Of a stretch of 64,000 nucleotides of DNA, positions 41,252-52,961 are shown piece by piece. The stretch comes from Escherichia coli. GTDB lineage: Bacteria > Pseudomonadota > Gammaproteobacteria > Enterobacterales > Enterobacteriaceae. Every line of letters starts with the position of its first letter. The first letter of the stretch is position 1. The position numbers and the translations under genes were made by a program. The stretch lies in assembly GCF_041886205.1 (NCBI RefSeq), contig NZ_CP169029.1. The stretch is one strand, 5' to 3'. The notes below the pieces were generated by a model. It made no database searches and was not told the origin of the DNA. It saw only the letters and a program-made list of their open reading frames with translations.

Positions 41252-41566
41252 GATTTCTCCTGTGAGTCGCATACGGAACCATCTCCGATGGAAGGTAAAA
41301 ATGGCCTGAAAATAGTGTGCGATAGCGGTGCGGGGTTTTCGACGGAGCAAGCTGTTTTCCTTGCCAACAATCTTGCAAAAAAAATGCGATCGCTAAAACA
41401 AAAGTGCAATTTGCGGCAATATAGTTATTCCATGACCGTACAATCTTGCATTCAGTGTAAATAATCTTGTTTAGCTCTCGCTAAACGCGGTTGTATAACC
41501 GCAATACACGCCGTATTTTATCCGGCATATATTGTTTTTGCTTGCTCATGGAATAGGGAGGTTGTC

Positions 41567-42478
41567 ATGTATCAACGCTGTTTTGATAATGCCAGTGAAA
41601 CGCTGTTTGTCGCCGGTAAAATGCCACGGCTTTCACGTTTTGCATTTAGCGATGATCCAAAATGGGAGTCTGGACATCACGTTCATGACAATGAAACCGA
41701 GCTGATTTACGTCAAGAAAGGGGTGGCAAGGTTTACCATCGATTCTTCATTATATGTCGCGCATGCAGATGATATAGTGGTGATAGAACGCGGCAGGTTG
41801 CATGCGGTGGCCTCTGACGTTAACGATCCGGCAACGACGTGTACTTGTGCGCTGTATGGCTTTCAGTTTCAGGGGGCTGAGGAAAATCAGCTACTGCAAC
41901 CGCATTCTTGTCCGGTAATTGCCGCGGGGCAGGGAAAAGAAGTCATAAAAACCTTATTTAATGAGCTAAGTGTGATTTTGCCGCAAAGTAAAAATAGCCA
42001 AACATCTTCGTTATGGGATGCATTTGCCTATACATTAGCAATTCTTTACTACGAAAACTTTAAAAATGCTTATCGTTCGGAGCAGGGGTATATTAAAAAA
42101 GATGTTCTGATAAAAGATATTCTTTTTTATCTGAATAATAATTATCGCGAAAAAATCACTTTAGAACAGTTATCGAAAAAATTTCGTGCCAGCGTCAGTT
42201 ATATTTGCCATGAATTTACCAAAGAGTATCGTATTTCCCCTATTAACTATGTTATTCAACGGCGTATGACGGAAGCAAAATGGTCACTCACTAATACTGA
42301 ATTATCACAGGCAGAGATCTCCTGGCGTGTGGGTTATGAAAATGTCGATCACTTTGCCAAACTGTTTTTGCGCCATGTCGGTTGTTCGCCCAGCGATTAC
42401 CGTAGGCAATTTAAAAATTGTTTTGCGGAACAAGAAATCTTATCTGAATTTCCTCAACCGGTAAGTCTTGTTGGATAA
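41567..42478 (+). CDS. ydiP: AraC-family transcriptional regulator
   Basis: 303-aa ORF with a C-terminal AraC-type HTH region; divergent from ydiQ. Confidence 0.85.
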   Translation: MYQRCFDNASETLFVAGKMPRLSRFAFSDDPKWESGHHVHDNETELIYVKKGVARFTIDSSLYVAHADDIVVIERGRLHAVASDVNDPATTCTCALYGFQFQGAEENQLLQPHSCPVIAAGQGKEVIKTLFNELSVILPQSKNSQTSSLWDAFAYTLAILYYENFKNAYRSEQGYIKKDVLIKDILFYLNNNYREKITLEQLSKKFRASVSYICHEFTKEYRISPINYVIQRRMTEAKWSLTNTELSQAEISWRVGYENVDHFAKLFLRHVGCSPSDYRRQFKNCFAEQEILSEFPQPVSLVG

Positions 42479-42520
42479 ATCTGGCGGCGCACTTTGTTAG
42501 GAAGCTGCGCCGCCTGCAGA

Positions 42521-43672
42521 TTATTTGTTCTGATAATCTTTCAGGATCTGCCGACCTGCTACGTAAATCATAATTTCGTCTGTACCGCCGCCGATACGTT
42601 CACAACGGACATCACGCCAGAAGCGGGAGACGCGCGCCTCATCGGTATAGCCCAGACCGCCCATGATTTGAATCGCATCATCAATGACTTCCATTGCGGT
42701 ACGTGCACAGTACAGTTTTGCCAGCGCCGCGCTGGTGCGCAGTGATTGATGCTGATCGGCTTGCCATGCCACTTTCAGCACCATGTTGCGCATGTTGTCG
42801 ATCTTAATCGCCATCAGCGCCAGTTTTTCCTGGATCATCTGGTTATGCCCAATGGGTTTACCAAAAGCGATACGCTGGTTGGCATAGCGAGCGGCATCTT
42901 CAAAGGCACACTCGGCAAAGCCGGTGCTGCGCGCGGCGTTGATCAGGCGCTCCATCTCAAAGTTGTACATCACATTGAGGAAACCCATTCCTTCTTCGCC
43001 CACCATGTCGCTCTCTTCAACTTCCACGTTGTCGAGATAGACTTCGCAGGTGCTGAGCATATGCCAGCCGATTTTATGCAGCGGGTTAATCTTAATGCCG
43101 GGCTTACTGGAGTCGACCCACCACAGGGTGAAGGCCTTTTTCGGATCATTCGGTTCAGGATCGCGCGCCAGCACCAGCATATATGGGTACTCTTTCGCAC
43201 CGGTAATAAAGGTTTTCTGTCCGTTGATGTAAACCTTGCCGTTTTTACGCGTGTAAGTGGTGGTGGCACTGTTGTTGTCTGAGCCTGCGCCTGGCTCCGT
43301 CAACGCCAGGGCATAGGCGGGATCACCCGTTTCCAGGGTGCTTTCTGCCGTTTTACGTAGCTGCTCTGCAGAACCGAAACGGCGCATACTGTGAATACAT
43401 TGACCGTTGGTGATCAAAAATGCCGGAGCACCGCATTTTGACACTTCCATCAGCGCCAGCATCTGGGTGACGTAATCCGCAGGGATACCACCAAATTCTT
43501 CCGGCACGCCAAGCATGGAAATACCGTTATCCGCCAGTGCCCGCATAAATTCACGCGGGTATGTCCCGTTTTGATCGCAGGTGCGGAAATACTCTTCCGG
43601 AAAGTTAGTCGTAATCAGTTCGCGAATACTGGCCAGCAGCAGTTCTTGTTCTTCAGTTAAAGAAAAATCCAT
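42521..43672 (-). CDS. ydiO: acyl-CoA dehydrogenase family protein
   Basis: 383-aa product from MDFSLTEEQELLLASIRELI...; track ORF has an 18-codon extension. Confidence 0.9.
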   Translation of the reverse strand: MDFSLTEEQELLLASIRELITTNFPEEYFRTCDQNGTYPREFMRALADNGISMLGVPEEFGGIPADYVTQMLALMEVSKCGAPAFLITNGQCIHSMRRFGSAEQLRKTAESTLETGDPAYALALTEPGAGSDNNSATTTYTRKNGKVYINGQKTFITGAKEYPYMLVLARDPEPNDPKKAFTLWWVDSSKPGIKINPLHKIGWHMLSTCEVYLDNVEVEESDMVGEEGMGFLNVMYNFEMERLINAARSTGFAECAFEDAARYANQRIAFGKPIGHNQMIQEKLALMAIKIDNMRNMVLKVAWQADQHQSLRTSAALAKLYCARTAMEVIDDAIQIMGGLGYTDEARVSRFWRDVRCERIGGGTDEIMIYVAGRQILKDYQNK

Positions 43673-43685
43673 CGTGATACTCCTG

Positions 43686-46056
43686 TTAATGAGCCGCTTC
43701 AGGCAGGACAAAACCCATCGCCGCATCGATAAATAATCTTTCGTCCATCAGTTTGAGTTCTGGCGAAATCACTGGGGTGAAATCCATTTTGTCGAGAATA
43801 TCTTTTTGTAAATCGACGCCAGGGGCGATTTCGATTAAATGCAGTCCGTCTTCTTTCAGCGTGAATACTGCGCGCTCAGTGATATAACGAACATCCAGCC
43901 CTCGCTCGAGAGCGATTTTTCCGCTAAAAGTAATTTCCGGTAGTTCCCGAATAAATTTATTTACCCGTCCTTCCTGGACGATATTCAATTTGCCGTCGGT
44001 AATTTCTGTTTTTAAACTGCCCGCAGTTAATGTGCCGCAGAAAACGATTTTCTTCGAAGTGGCACTGATATCAATAAATCCACCGGTGCCCATGATTTTA
44101 CCATTGAATTTATGCACGCCGACGTTACCGTGCTGGTCGACTTCAGCAAAACTCAAATAACAAACATCCAGACCGCCACCGTGATAAAAATCAAACTGGG
44201 ACGTCATATCCAGAATGGCGCGGGTATTCACGTTCGCGCCAAAGGCGATCCCCTGTGAAGTAATTCCGCCAATCGGACCTGTTTCTACCGTCAGAATAAA
44301 GTCATCAGCACAACCTTCTTCTCGGGCGACCAGGCCAATGCCGTCAGCAATACCGACGCCGACATTCCCCACCGCGCCTTTACGCATTTCGAATAATGCG
44401 CGCCGCGCAACTAATTTACGTTGGTTTAGGGGCAGGCTAAGTTTGGTACTGTCATCAAGGGTGAAGTCACCAGAAATAAAGCGGTTAACCGGTGCACCGC
44501 CATACAGTTGGGTTTGATCCGGATCGACCACCACAATATCCACCAGATAACCCGGAATACGGACAGATTTAGGATGCAGCGTGGCTTTCTTAACCATTTT
44601 CTGCACCTGCATCATCACAATACCGCCGTTATTGTGCACCGCCTGGGCAATAACCAATGCGTCGAGATACATCACCTCATCTTCAAAAGTGGCGTAGCCT
44701 TCGCTGTCGCAGGTGGTAGCGCGAATGAAGGCGATATCTGGCGCAATCGCTTTGTAATAGAGATATTCTTTGTTATCAAACTCGACCAGTTTAATCAGGT
44801 CTTCTTTAGTGACTTCATTCAGTTTGCCGCCTTGCTGGCGTGGATCGACAAATGTCCCGATGCCAATATCACTAATAATACCAGGCTGGTGGGCTGCGGC
44901 GGCGCGTAAGGTTTGTGTAAGTACACCTTGTGGATAGTTATAAGCAATAATTTTATTTTGTTCTGCGAGATCAGAAATACGCGGCGATTGTCCCCAGTGA
45001 CCGCATAATGCCCATTTCACCAGACCTTCTTGCGCCAGCGGACTAATACCGCGATCGGCGCGATCGCCAAGCCCTGTTGGACTAATAATCGATAAATTAC
45101 GTGGCGTTTGAGTCTGTTTATATTTATCAGCAAGAGCAGTAATTAACGTGGTGGCTTCCAGAATACCGCCGCCAGCGCCTAACACACAAAGTGTTGCTTC
45201 GTCGGGAATATAATTCACCGCTTCCGGTGATGCTGCCAACTTACTGATTTAGTGTATGATGGTGTTTTTGAGGTGCTCCAGTGGCTTCTGTTTCTATCAG
45301 CTGTCCCTCCTGTTCAGCTACTGACGGGGTGGTGCGTAACGGCAAAAGCACCGCCGGACATCAGCGCTATCTCTGCTCTCACTGCCGTAAAACATGGCAA
45401 CTGCAGTTCACTTACACCGCTTCTCAACCCGGTACGCACCAGAAAATCATTGATATGGCCATGAATGGCGTTGGATGCCGGGCAACCGCCCGCATTATGG
45501 GCGTTGGCCTCAACACGATTTTCCGCCATTTAAAAAACTCAGGCCGCAGTCGGTAACCTCGCGCATACAGCCGGGCAGTGACGTCATCGTCTGCGCGGAA
45601 ATGGACGAACAGTGGGGCTATGTCGGGGCTAAATCGCGCCAGCGCTGGCTGTTTTACGCGTATGACAGGCTCCGGAAGACGGTTGTTGCGCACGTATTCG
45701 GTGAACGCACTATGGCGACGCTGGGGCGTCTTATGAGCCTGCTGTCACCCTTTGACGTGGTGATATGGATGACGGATGGCTGGCCGCTGTATGAATCCCG
45801 CCTGAAGGGAAAGCTGCACGTAATCAGCAAGCGATATACGCAGCGAATTGAGCGGCATAACCTGAATCTGAGACAGCACCTGGCACGGCTGGGACGGAAG
45901 TCGCTGTCGTTCTCAAAATCGGTGGAGCTGCATGACAAAGTCATCGGGCATTATCTGAACATAAAACACTATCAATAAGTTGGAGTCATTACCCCGCTTC
46001 CTGTGCCGACAGGACCGGCACTCGTCCATTAATACGAGGTGGTTTTACAGGTTTCA
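43686..46056 (-). pseudogene. ydiF: ydiF (acetate/short-chain CoA-transferase) interrupted by IS1 after codon ~21
   Basis: native start MKPVKPPRINGRVPVLSAQEA is encoded on the minus strand at ~45994..46056; the remainder (...VNYIPDEATLCVLGAGGG...) is ORF 43686..45225; the track ORF start at 45239 is a TTG inside the IS1 inverted repeat. Confidence 0.88.
45226..45993 (+). mobile_element. insAB: IS1 (copy C), complete element inserted in the 5' end of ydiF
   Basis: IS1 ends ggtgatgctgccaactta ... ataagttggagtcattacc; insA 45281..45556, insB 45475..45978; A6C motif at ~45532..45538; 8-bp target duplication CCGCTTCC (GGAAGCGG in ydiF sense); InsA/InsB translations identical to copy A. Confidence 0.95.
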
Positions 46057-46202
46057 TTGTTAATTCCTGATTCAGGTGTGATTTTCCCTACGCCAGATGG
46101 AGAATTAGCGCACAGAGACTCACGAAATATTTTTATTAAATACGGTTAACTATATTTTTTTTAGTTCGGCGGGGGAGGGTATTCCCGCCGAAATATTATT
46201 GC

Positions 46203-46961
46203 TTATGCCTGATGTAAAATAGTTAATACAGTGCGCAAATCATTTACCGAGATTTGCCCTGGTGCAGAGGCTTTTTTTACCGCACCAAAAGTTGCCGCCG
46301 AGCCAAATACTTCACCAGCCAGACGAGAAATTACGCCAGTTTTTGCCATCGACATCGTGATGATTGGACGATCGGCATACTGCTCCTGCATCTCCAGGGT
46401 CGCGGCAAGCAACGTCAGCACATCGCTGGTACTTTGCGGCATCAGCGCAATCTTAGGAATATCGGCGTCGAAGGACTGCATTTTGCGCAGACGGGCAATG
46501 ATTTCTTCGGCTTCCGGCGTTTTATGGAAGTCATGGTTGGACATGACAACTTTCACATCATGCGCGTGGGCGTAGGCGACGGTTTCTTTAACCTGATCAT
46601 CGCCGGTAAATAACTCCAGATCGATCATATCAACCAGGCCGCTGTCGATGGCTGCACGATTGAGAGCAATATAAGCCTCGGTGGAAATCGCCTGCTCGCC
46701 GCCTTCTTTGGCACTGCGGAAGGTAAACAGCAGCGGTTTTTCTGGCATGGTTTCACGGAGAATTTTTGCCGCCGCCATGACAGACTCCACATTGGAGAGG
46801 TCGGCAAAGTGGTCCACACGCCATTCCAGAATATCAAAGTCCGCTTCACGATAGGCGAGAGCTTCGGATTTCACGCGGGCGATATCTTTCGCCATCAGCG
46901 AGACGATGATTTTAGGTGCGCCCGTACCAATGACGAGATCTTTTACAGTTACGGTTTTCAT
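46203..46961 (-). CDS. aroD: 3-dehydroquinate dehydratase, type I
   Basis: 252-aa ORF; recalled match to AroD. Confidence 0.93.
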   Translation of the reverse strand: MKTVTVKDLVIGTGAPKIIVSLMAKDIARVKSEALAYREADFDILEWRVDHFADLSNVESVMAAAKILRETMPEKPLLFTFRSAKEGGEQAISTEAYIALNRAAIDSGLVDMIDLELFTGDDQVKETVAYAHAHDVKVVMSNHDFHKTPEAEEIIARLRKMQSFDADIPKIALMPQSTSDVLTLLAATLEMQEQYADRPIITMSMAKTGVISRLAGEVFGSAATFGAVKKASAPGQISVNDLRTVLTILHQA

Positions 46962-46991
46962 TTTTTACCCTTTCTGCACGCGGTCAGCCTG

Positions 46992-47858
46992 TCAGGCACC
47001 GAACCCCATGACCTGTTTAACATATTCCAGAGGGAAATCTTTGCCAGTCCATAACGTGAACTGTTCAGCCCCTTGCCACAACAACATGCCGTATCCATCA
47101 ATCGTTTTGCAACCAGCTTGTTGCGCCTGCTGCAATAACTTCGTCATATGCGGGTTATACACGCATTCAGTGACCAGAAGTCCCGGATGTAACAGACTGA
47201 TATCATTAACTAATGATTCATTCTCAAGGGGTTTCATACCCACTTTTGTGCCATTGGTTAAAATGTCGGCGGAAGCCAGGGCTTCAGCAAAGGCTTGCTG
47301 ATCGGCGAGATCGGTAACCGTGACGACACAATCGGTGTTTTCGTTAACCCGCTGCGCGAAGGCGAGGGCTTTATCGAAGAACTCATCCCGACGGTTAAAG
47401 AGTTTAATTTCTTTTAAACCTTCAATTGCCCCCTGCGCGCCAATCGCCGTTGAGGCACCTCCGGCCCCTAACAGCACCATTGTTTTGCCTTTGATATCAA
47501 AACCGCTCTCTTTAATGGCGCGAATATGGCCCGTGCCATCGGTGTTATAGCCGCGCAGGTAGCCATCATCATTAACGATGGTGTTGATGGCACCCACCAG
47601 TTTGGCTGCCGGCGTTAATTCATCAACATATTCACACGCCAGTTGTTTGTTCGGCATTGATACACCAGTTCCGCGCATTTTTAGAGCTTTTAATCCTTCA
47701 ATTGCTCCGGGAAAGCTATCGTTATCCACTTCGAAGGCCATATAGGTAAATGGCAATCCCGCTTTTTCTAAGGCTTTATTCTGCATTTCAGGCGATAAAC
47801 TGTGGCGGATAGGATAAGCCATCAACCCAATCAATTCGTATTTTGCGGTAACATCCAT
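46992..47858 (-). CDS. ydiB: quinate/shikimate 5-dehydrogenase
   Basis: 288-aa ORF with Rossmann motif ([10 protein letters not shown]). Confidence 0.92.
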
Positions 47859-47869
47859 AATTAACTCCT

Positions 47870-49135
47870 TTAACCTCTATGCTTAATTGTGTTTAACCGG
47901 GTGCTAAATTTGCGCTCGCCAAACCGCACATCATTCTCAGGAATAATAAAAACGCGGTAATAGCGGATAAAAACAATAATTGCGGTAATCAGGGCCAGCA
48001 GCGCGAAAGTAAAATCGAGAACAATGATATATTGCAGGCCGATGTTCGACAGATAACCGGTAATCAGCGGAATAACAAAGTTAGCCAGTCCACCCATCAT
48101 CATATAAATACTGGTGACTTTGGCTTTGCTTTTTGGGAAAAACTCTGACATGACCGAAACACCGAGCTGTAAAATGCCGCCAGCTGCTGAGAAACCGATA
48201 ACAAAGGCGCCGGCATTACACACCAGTGGAGAAGGGTACAGGTAGATAATGGCTGCTGTTATTGTTGCCAGTGCAGAGTTAAATACATTAGCCCAGATGG
48301 GCCGGACCATTTTTTTCAGTAGTGCGGCAAAAATAAAGACACAGACCAACGAGCCCATACTGTAATAAGAGATGGTTTTTAATGCCTCAGCTTCTGACAT
48401 ACCAGCAAAAGCCATCGCATATTTGGGCATCCACACCACAATCACATAAAAGGTCGAGAATGCGGCTACACCGAACAGTACCGATGAAACACCTTCCAGC
48501 CAGACTAACGGTTTGCTGTTCATTTGCGGTAATTCATTAGCTACGCTGGCGTCCACCAACTGGCTGGGGAATTTGCTTTTCAACAGCATCAGCGTGATCA
48601 GTACAAACAGAATACCCGGAATAATCAGCCCATAGCCGTACCAGATATTATTGAGCAACATATAGCTCACCAGCATTGGGTAGAACATTTGCCCGAATGA
48701 CACCATCGCTTTAACCAGTATGACCGCCGAACCAGAGGCTTTCGGAAAGCATTCCATGAGCGCGGGGTAGCCACCCGTATCCAGCGCTGAGTTAGCGATA
48801 CCTACGCACACTGCCAGACCGTAGGCGAGAGTTAAATTCGGGCAAGCGGGAATACCAAAGAAGAATAGCAGATACATTATTACTGCCATTAATATCACCG
48901 CCCGACGACCAAACTTATCGGAGATCACACCGAAGAATAAAATACTGATCAATCGCCCCAAACCGATACCGGAAATTAAGTAGGCAATGCCCGCGTTGTC
49001 AGTGGAAAACTTTTCCGCCAGAGATGACATATTTTGGGCAAGCGTAATAACACTAATGCCGTGCAGGAAGTAGCTGAAGTAAATACAAAGAACAGCCAGG
49101 ATAAATGGTGTGCTGAAAGCCTTATTTTGAGACAT
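47870..49135 (-). CDS. ydiN: MFS transporter YdiN
   Basis: ~421-aa polytopic membrane ORF (track 47870..49141; start probably at MSQNKAF...). Confidence 0.85.
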
Positions 49136-49361
49136 TTTCACAGCTCCTTGCTGAAAGATTATTTCGTTACCGTACGTATTGTTCTCCGACGGTTTACATA
49201 ATTACTATACTGAAGATGATTATCCCTGGGTATATGGCATAAAGTTTATGTTTCCAGGAATATTGCATGTCATAGTTTGTTTTTGATCGCGATTTTCCTT
49301 AGTTAGCGCAGAAAGAGTTATTTATCCGTAAGATCTTGCATGACATGAAAAGAATATTGCA

Positions 49362-50576
49362 TTACCCACCCGAAGCGACATTTTCCTTTAGCGAGTGATG
49401 CCGCGTTTTTTTGCGGCTGCGTAAGCCGATAAACAGTGCCAGTAAAAAACCGATGGCAGCGATGGCGGTATCGAACCACATAATATCGGCAATACTTCTT
49501 TGGGACAGATGAGCCGTAATCAACGGAATAGTAAAGGTCGCAATACTGCCCGCACTGTAATAGATCCCTGTAGCTTTACCTTTAGCGTAAGGGAAACGTT
49601 CAGCCATTAACGTCAAGCCAATTTGCACAACACCTCCAGCAGAGGTAAAACCAATGACAAAAGCAAATATTATCACCACATAAAATGTGGGATGCAGGCA
49701 GACGGTAAACAGACCAATAAATGAGATAAAGGTGTACAGCATCAGTAATGTTGTTGGGCGAACGGTATTACGAATGAGTGGAGCGGTAATAAATACACAA
49801 AGCAGCGAACCCACGGTGTAGATACTGAGTAGTTTGATCGACATAGTGTATGACATGCCTGTAACAAATTGTCCGTACTGTGCCAGCCACTGGCTAACCA
49901 GATAAAACGTTGCCATTGAGATATAGCCATATAAGGTATAACTGGCTAAATCGATAATTGAACAGCGATGTTCCGTAGAGCTGGTGGTTTTCTTTATGAC
50001 AGGTAAGCGACGACCCGGATGGGGTGGGAACGTACAACGGTATAAAAACAGAGCGTTAATAAACATAATGCCTGCAGCAATCATAAAAGACCAACCGAAC
50101 CACAGTTCAGCCCACACTAACAGGCTAATGATTAGCGGTAATAAAAATTGTCCGCTGGAAACAAATGCTTTAATTAAAATATTGGCTGTCCCAGGTGAGC
50201 GTGGAAAAGCTTCCATCAAACTGGGATAAGTGCCTGCATCGAGAAAACTGTTTGCCATTCCCGCCAGAAAGCCAAAAACATAAGCGATAATGATGTTATT
50301 GGTCTGCAGGATGCCAAAAAAGAAGGCCATATAGCAGCACATCCCGAGCATGATAAAAGGGCGGCGACCAAAGCGATCGGATAATAATCCTGCAAAAAGC
50401 AAGACACTTAATCGACCAATGCCCAGCGATGAGATAACTATCGAGACGCCCGCGGCATTAGTCTGCCAAAGTGTCTCCAGCGAGGCCATATTCAGGCTCA
50501 TCAAAATGACGCCCATACCATGCACCAGGTAATTAAAATACAACCCAAGTGCGGTAGGGTAATAGGGATTTTTCAT
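49362..50576 (-). CDS. ydiM: MFS transporter YdiM
   Basis: 404-aa polytopic membrane ORF. Confidence 0.85.
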   Translation of the reverse strand: MKNPYYPTALGLYFNYLVHGMGVILMSLNMASLETLWQTNAAGVSIVISSLGIGRLSVLLFAGLLSDRFGRRPFIMLGMCCYMAFFFGILQTNNIIIAYVFGFLAGMANSFLDAGTYPSLMEAFPRSPGTANILIKAFVSSGQFLLPLIISLLVWAELWFGWSFMIAAGIMFINALFLYRCTFPPHPGRRLPVIKKTTSSTEHRCSIIDLASYTLYGYISMATFYLVSQWLAQYGQFVTGMSYTMSIKLLSIYTVGSLLCVFITAPLIRNTVRPTTLLMLYTFISFIGLFTVCLHPTFYVVIIFAFVIGFTSAGGVVQIGLTLMAERFPYAKGKATGIYYSAGSIATFTIPLITAHLSQRSIADIMWFDTAIAAIGFLLALFIGLRSRKKTRHHSLKENVASGG

Positions 50577-50675
50577 AGGTTCTACTTAGCAAAGGTGCTT
50601 TAAAAAGTGTAGCGATGTTGTGTCAGTATCCATTCATTATTGTTGTAACAACGACAATTCCTTTCTGTGGAAAAA

Positions 50676-51032
50676 TTAACAAAGCCGCTCCAGATCGTGT
50701 GCATATAATTCAGCGGCTACCGATTGATAGATCTTCCAGTCAATAAAATTGCCATCAGGGTAGACTCGTTGAAATGCGGTTAAGTCGGGGAAAAAACGCA
50801 TGGTGTTGTTGCCGATGCGGTTATTTATTTTCTCTATGATGGCATGAAGATGTTTTTTTCTTTGCTGACGCATAGCCAACAGTTGCTCGACTACACGATC
50901 AGGAATGGCACACTTGCCATTTTCCCATTGACGCCAGCTTTCACTGTCACCGGTCTGGGCAATCCAGGTCGCGCATTCATCAATAGTCATGGCAAAAATA
51001 TGGCGGAGTGCCTGGAGTTCATAAGCGTTCAT
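50676..51032 (-). CDS. ydiL: uncharacterised protein YdiL
   Basis: 118-aa product from MNAYELQALRHIFAMTIDE...; track ORF is 9 codons longer. Confidence 0.8.
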   Translation of the reverse strand: MNAYELQALRHIFAMTIDECATWIAQTGDSESWRQWENGKCAIPDRVVEQLLAMRQQRKKHLHAIIEKINNRIGNNTMRFFPDLTAFQRVYPDGNFIDWKIYQSVAAELYAHDLERLC

Positions 51033-51171
51033 CGTGTAATGGCTGCATGAAATAAACAATAAAATATAAATAACATTATCAGCCTGCTGACGGCTTGAAG
51101 AGAGTCACAGTATCTTGTGCAACATTATTGGAAAGAGTGAGGGGCGAGGTAGCGAAGTGGAAAAATGTTAA

Positions 51172-51275
51172 AAAAAAGCCCATCGTGGGAGATGGGCAAA
51201 GACTACACACAGCAATTCGTTGTTTCACTCAGGGGATTTCCATGCTTATAAATCAATATGTTGATTTATAACCGT
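51172..51275 (-). ncRNA. rprA: RprA small RNA (Hfq-dependent activator of rpoS translation)
   Basis: minus strand reads ACGGTTATAAATCAACATATTGATTTATAAGCATGGAAATCCCCTGAGTGAAACAACGAATTGCTGTGTGTAGTCTTTGCCCATCTCCCACGATGGGCTTTTTTTT, matching my recollection of RprA including its terminator hairpin. Confidence 0.8.
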
Positions 51276-51460
51276 GAGCTAATAGTAGGCATACGGACTT
51301 TTTGCGTCGATCAGATTCGTCTCATTAGTTTAAAAACTGTAAAGAATTTGCGACAGGTACTACCAGCTGAATGGCGGTAAGCAGGAAAATATGGGGAAGA
51401 GCAAGCAAATATCAATTAGCGGGGGTTAACAATCAGGCGGCAGAGCCGCCTGATGAGAAA

Positions 51461-52573
51461 TTACTTATTCGGTTTCTCGATTTCGCCAAGTTCTTCGAGA
51501 ATTTCTTCCGGTTGGTCCGTCGGCGGCGGGACTTCTTCCACCCACGCGGCAAACAGACGCCAGGAAACGGCTAACAGAACCGGACCAATAAACAGACCGA
51601 TCATCCCGAAAGCAATCAAACCACCAATAACACCAGAGAGGATCAGGATCAGCGGTAAATCGGCACCCATGCGAATTAACATTGGGCGGATGACGTTATC
51701 CAGCGTGCCAACCACACCGCTCCACACTAACAATACCGTTCCCCAGGTGGTATCGCCAGTCCAGTAGAGCCAGATAATCGCCGGAATCAGTACCGGCAAC
51801 GGGCCAAGCTGGACAAGGCAGGAGAGGATCATTAACACCGTTAGCAACGTTGCATAAGGTACGCCGGATACGGCGAGGCCGATACCGCCAAGCACTGCCT
51901 GTACTAACGCCGTCACCACCACACCCAGCGCCACCGCGCGGATAGCCTGTGCCGCCAGCAGCACGGCGGCATCTCCGCGAACGCCTGCCAGACGGGTTGC
52001 AAAATGGCGAATGCCTTGTGCCACCTGTTCACCGCGCCAGTACAGCAGGGCACTGAAGAGAAGCATCAGCGCACAATGCACCATAAAGCGCCCGATATGC
52101 GCCGCCTGCCCAACGAACCAGGTGGTGGTGGTGCCAATATAAGGGCGGACTTTCGCCATGATCGCCGTCCCCCCCATATCCAGCAAGTTGTGCCAGCCTG
52201 CATACAGCTTCGCGCCAATCACCGGAATGGTATTAAGCCACGCCAGATCGGGTAACGTCATGTCACCGCTGGAAATGGCTTTAATTAGCGGGCCGCTGCC
52301 GTCGACGATACTGTTAACCAGCAAAGCAATAGGGATGATAAACACCATCACTAATAACAGCGTCATCACCAGAACGGCGAGAGAGCGGCGACCAAACATG
52401 ATCTTTTGCAAACGTAACAATACCGGCCAGGTGGCGATAACCACCGTACCGGCCCATGCAAAGCCGAGAATAAAGGGTTGAACAATCCACAGACATGCCA
52501 CAATCATGATGGCTAAAAACAGCACCGAAAGCAGAATTTGTGCGACATCCCTGGGCTGACGAACATTTACCAT
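51461..52573 (-). CDS. ydiK: AI-2E family inner membrane transporter
   Basis: 370-aa polytopic membrane ORF. Confidence 0.88.
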   Translation of the reverse strand: MVNVRQPRDVAQILLSVLFLAIMIVACLWIVQPFILGFAWAGTVVIATWPVLLRLQKIMFGRRSLAVLVMTLLLVMVFIIPIALLVNSIVDGSGPLIKAISSGDMTLPDLAWLNTIPVIGAKLYAGWHNLLDMGGTAIMAKVRPYIGTTTTWFVGQAAHIGRFMVHCALMLLFSALLYWRGEQVAQGIRHFATRLAGVRGDAAVLLAAQAIRAVALGVVVTALVQAVLGGIGLAVSGVPYATLLTVLMILSCLVQLGPLPVLIPAIIWLYWTGDTTWGTVLLVWSGVVGTLDNVIRPMLIRMGADLPLILILSGVIGGLIAFGMIGLFIGPVLLAVSWRLFAAWVEEVPPPTDQPEEILEELGEIEKPNK

Positions 52574-52961
52574 AACTACTTTTCACCTTTTTTGTGCGTC
52601 AAATCGTCGACGCGACGTGAACACGCGAAACTCACCTGCATAATGATGAGCAATTTCAGCGGTTTTTAACAGGCCGATTCTGCCCTTAATTCTGATGGGC
52701 GTGTTAGAAAAAAATGTGGTACAACAACTCAGGCAACACGCAAACGATTTACTCGTCGTATTTCAAGTTGCATGTGCTGCGGCTACGTTCGTTCACCCCA
52801 GTCACTTACTATTGTAAGCTCCTGGAGTTCACTCGCTTGCCGCCTTCCTGCAACACGAAATCCATAGAGTAAACAAACATCACCTTTCAGTGCGCTATTG
52901 CAGCAGCCTGAAAGAATAGTGTATCGACCTACATCACAGACCGCAGGAAAGGGTCAATATA

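Noticed and set aside
46166..46192. Hairpin ttcggcgggggagggtattcccgccgaa between aroD and the ydiF start, considered as an aroD terminator
   Set aside because: On the transcribed (minus) strand the stem is followed by an A-run, not a U-run, so it does not look like a canonical intrinsic terminator; function unclear.
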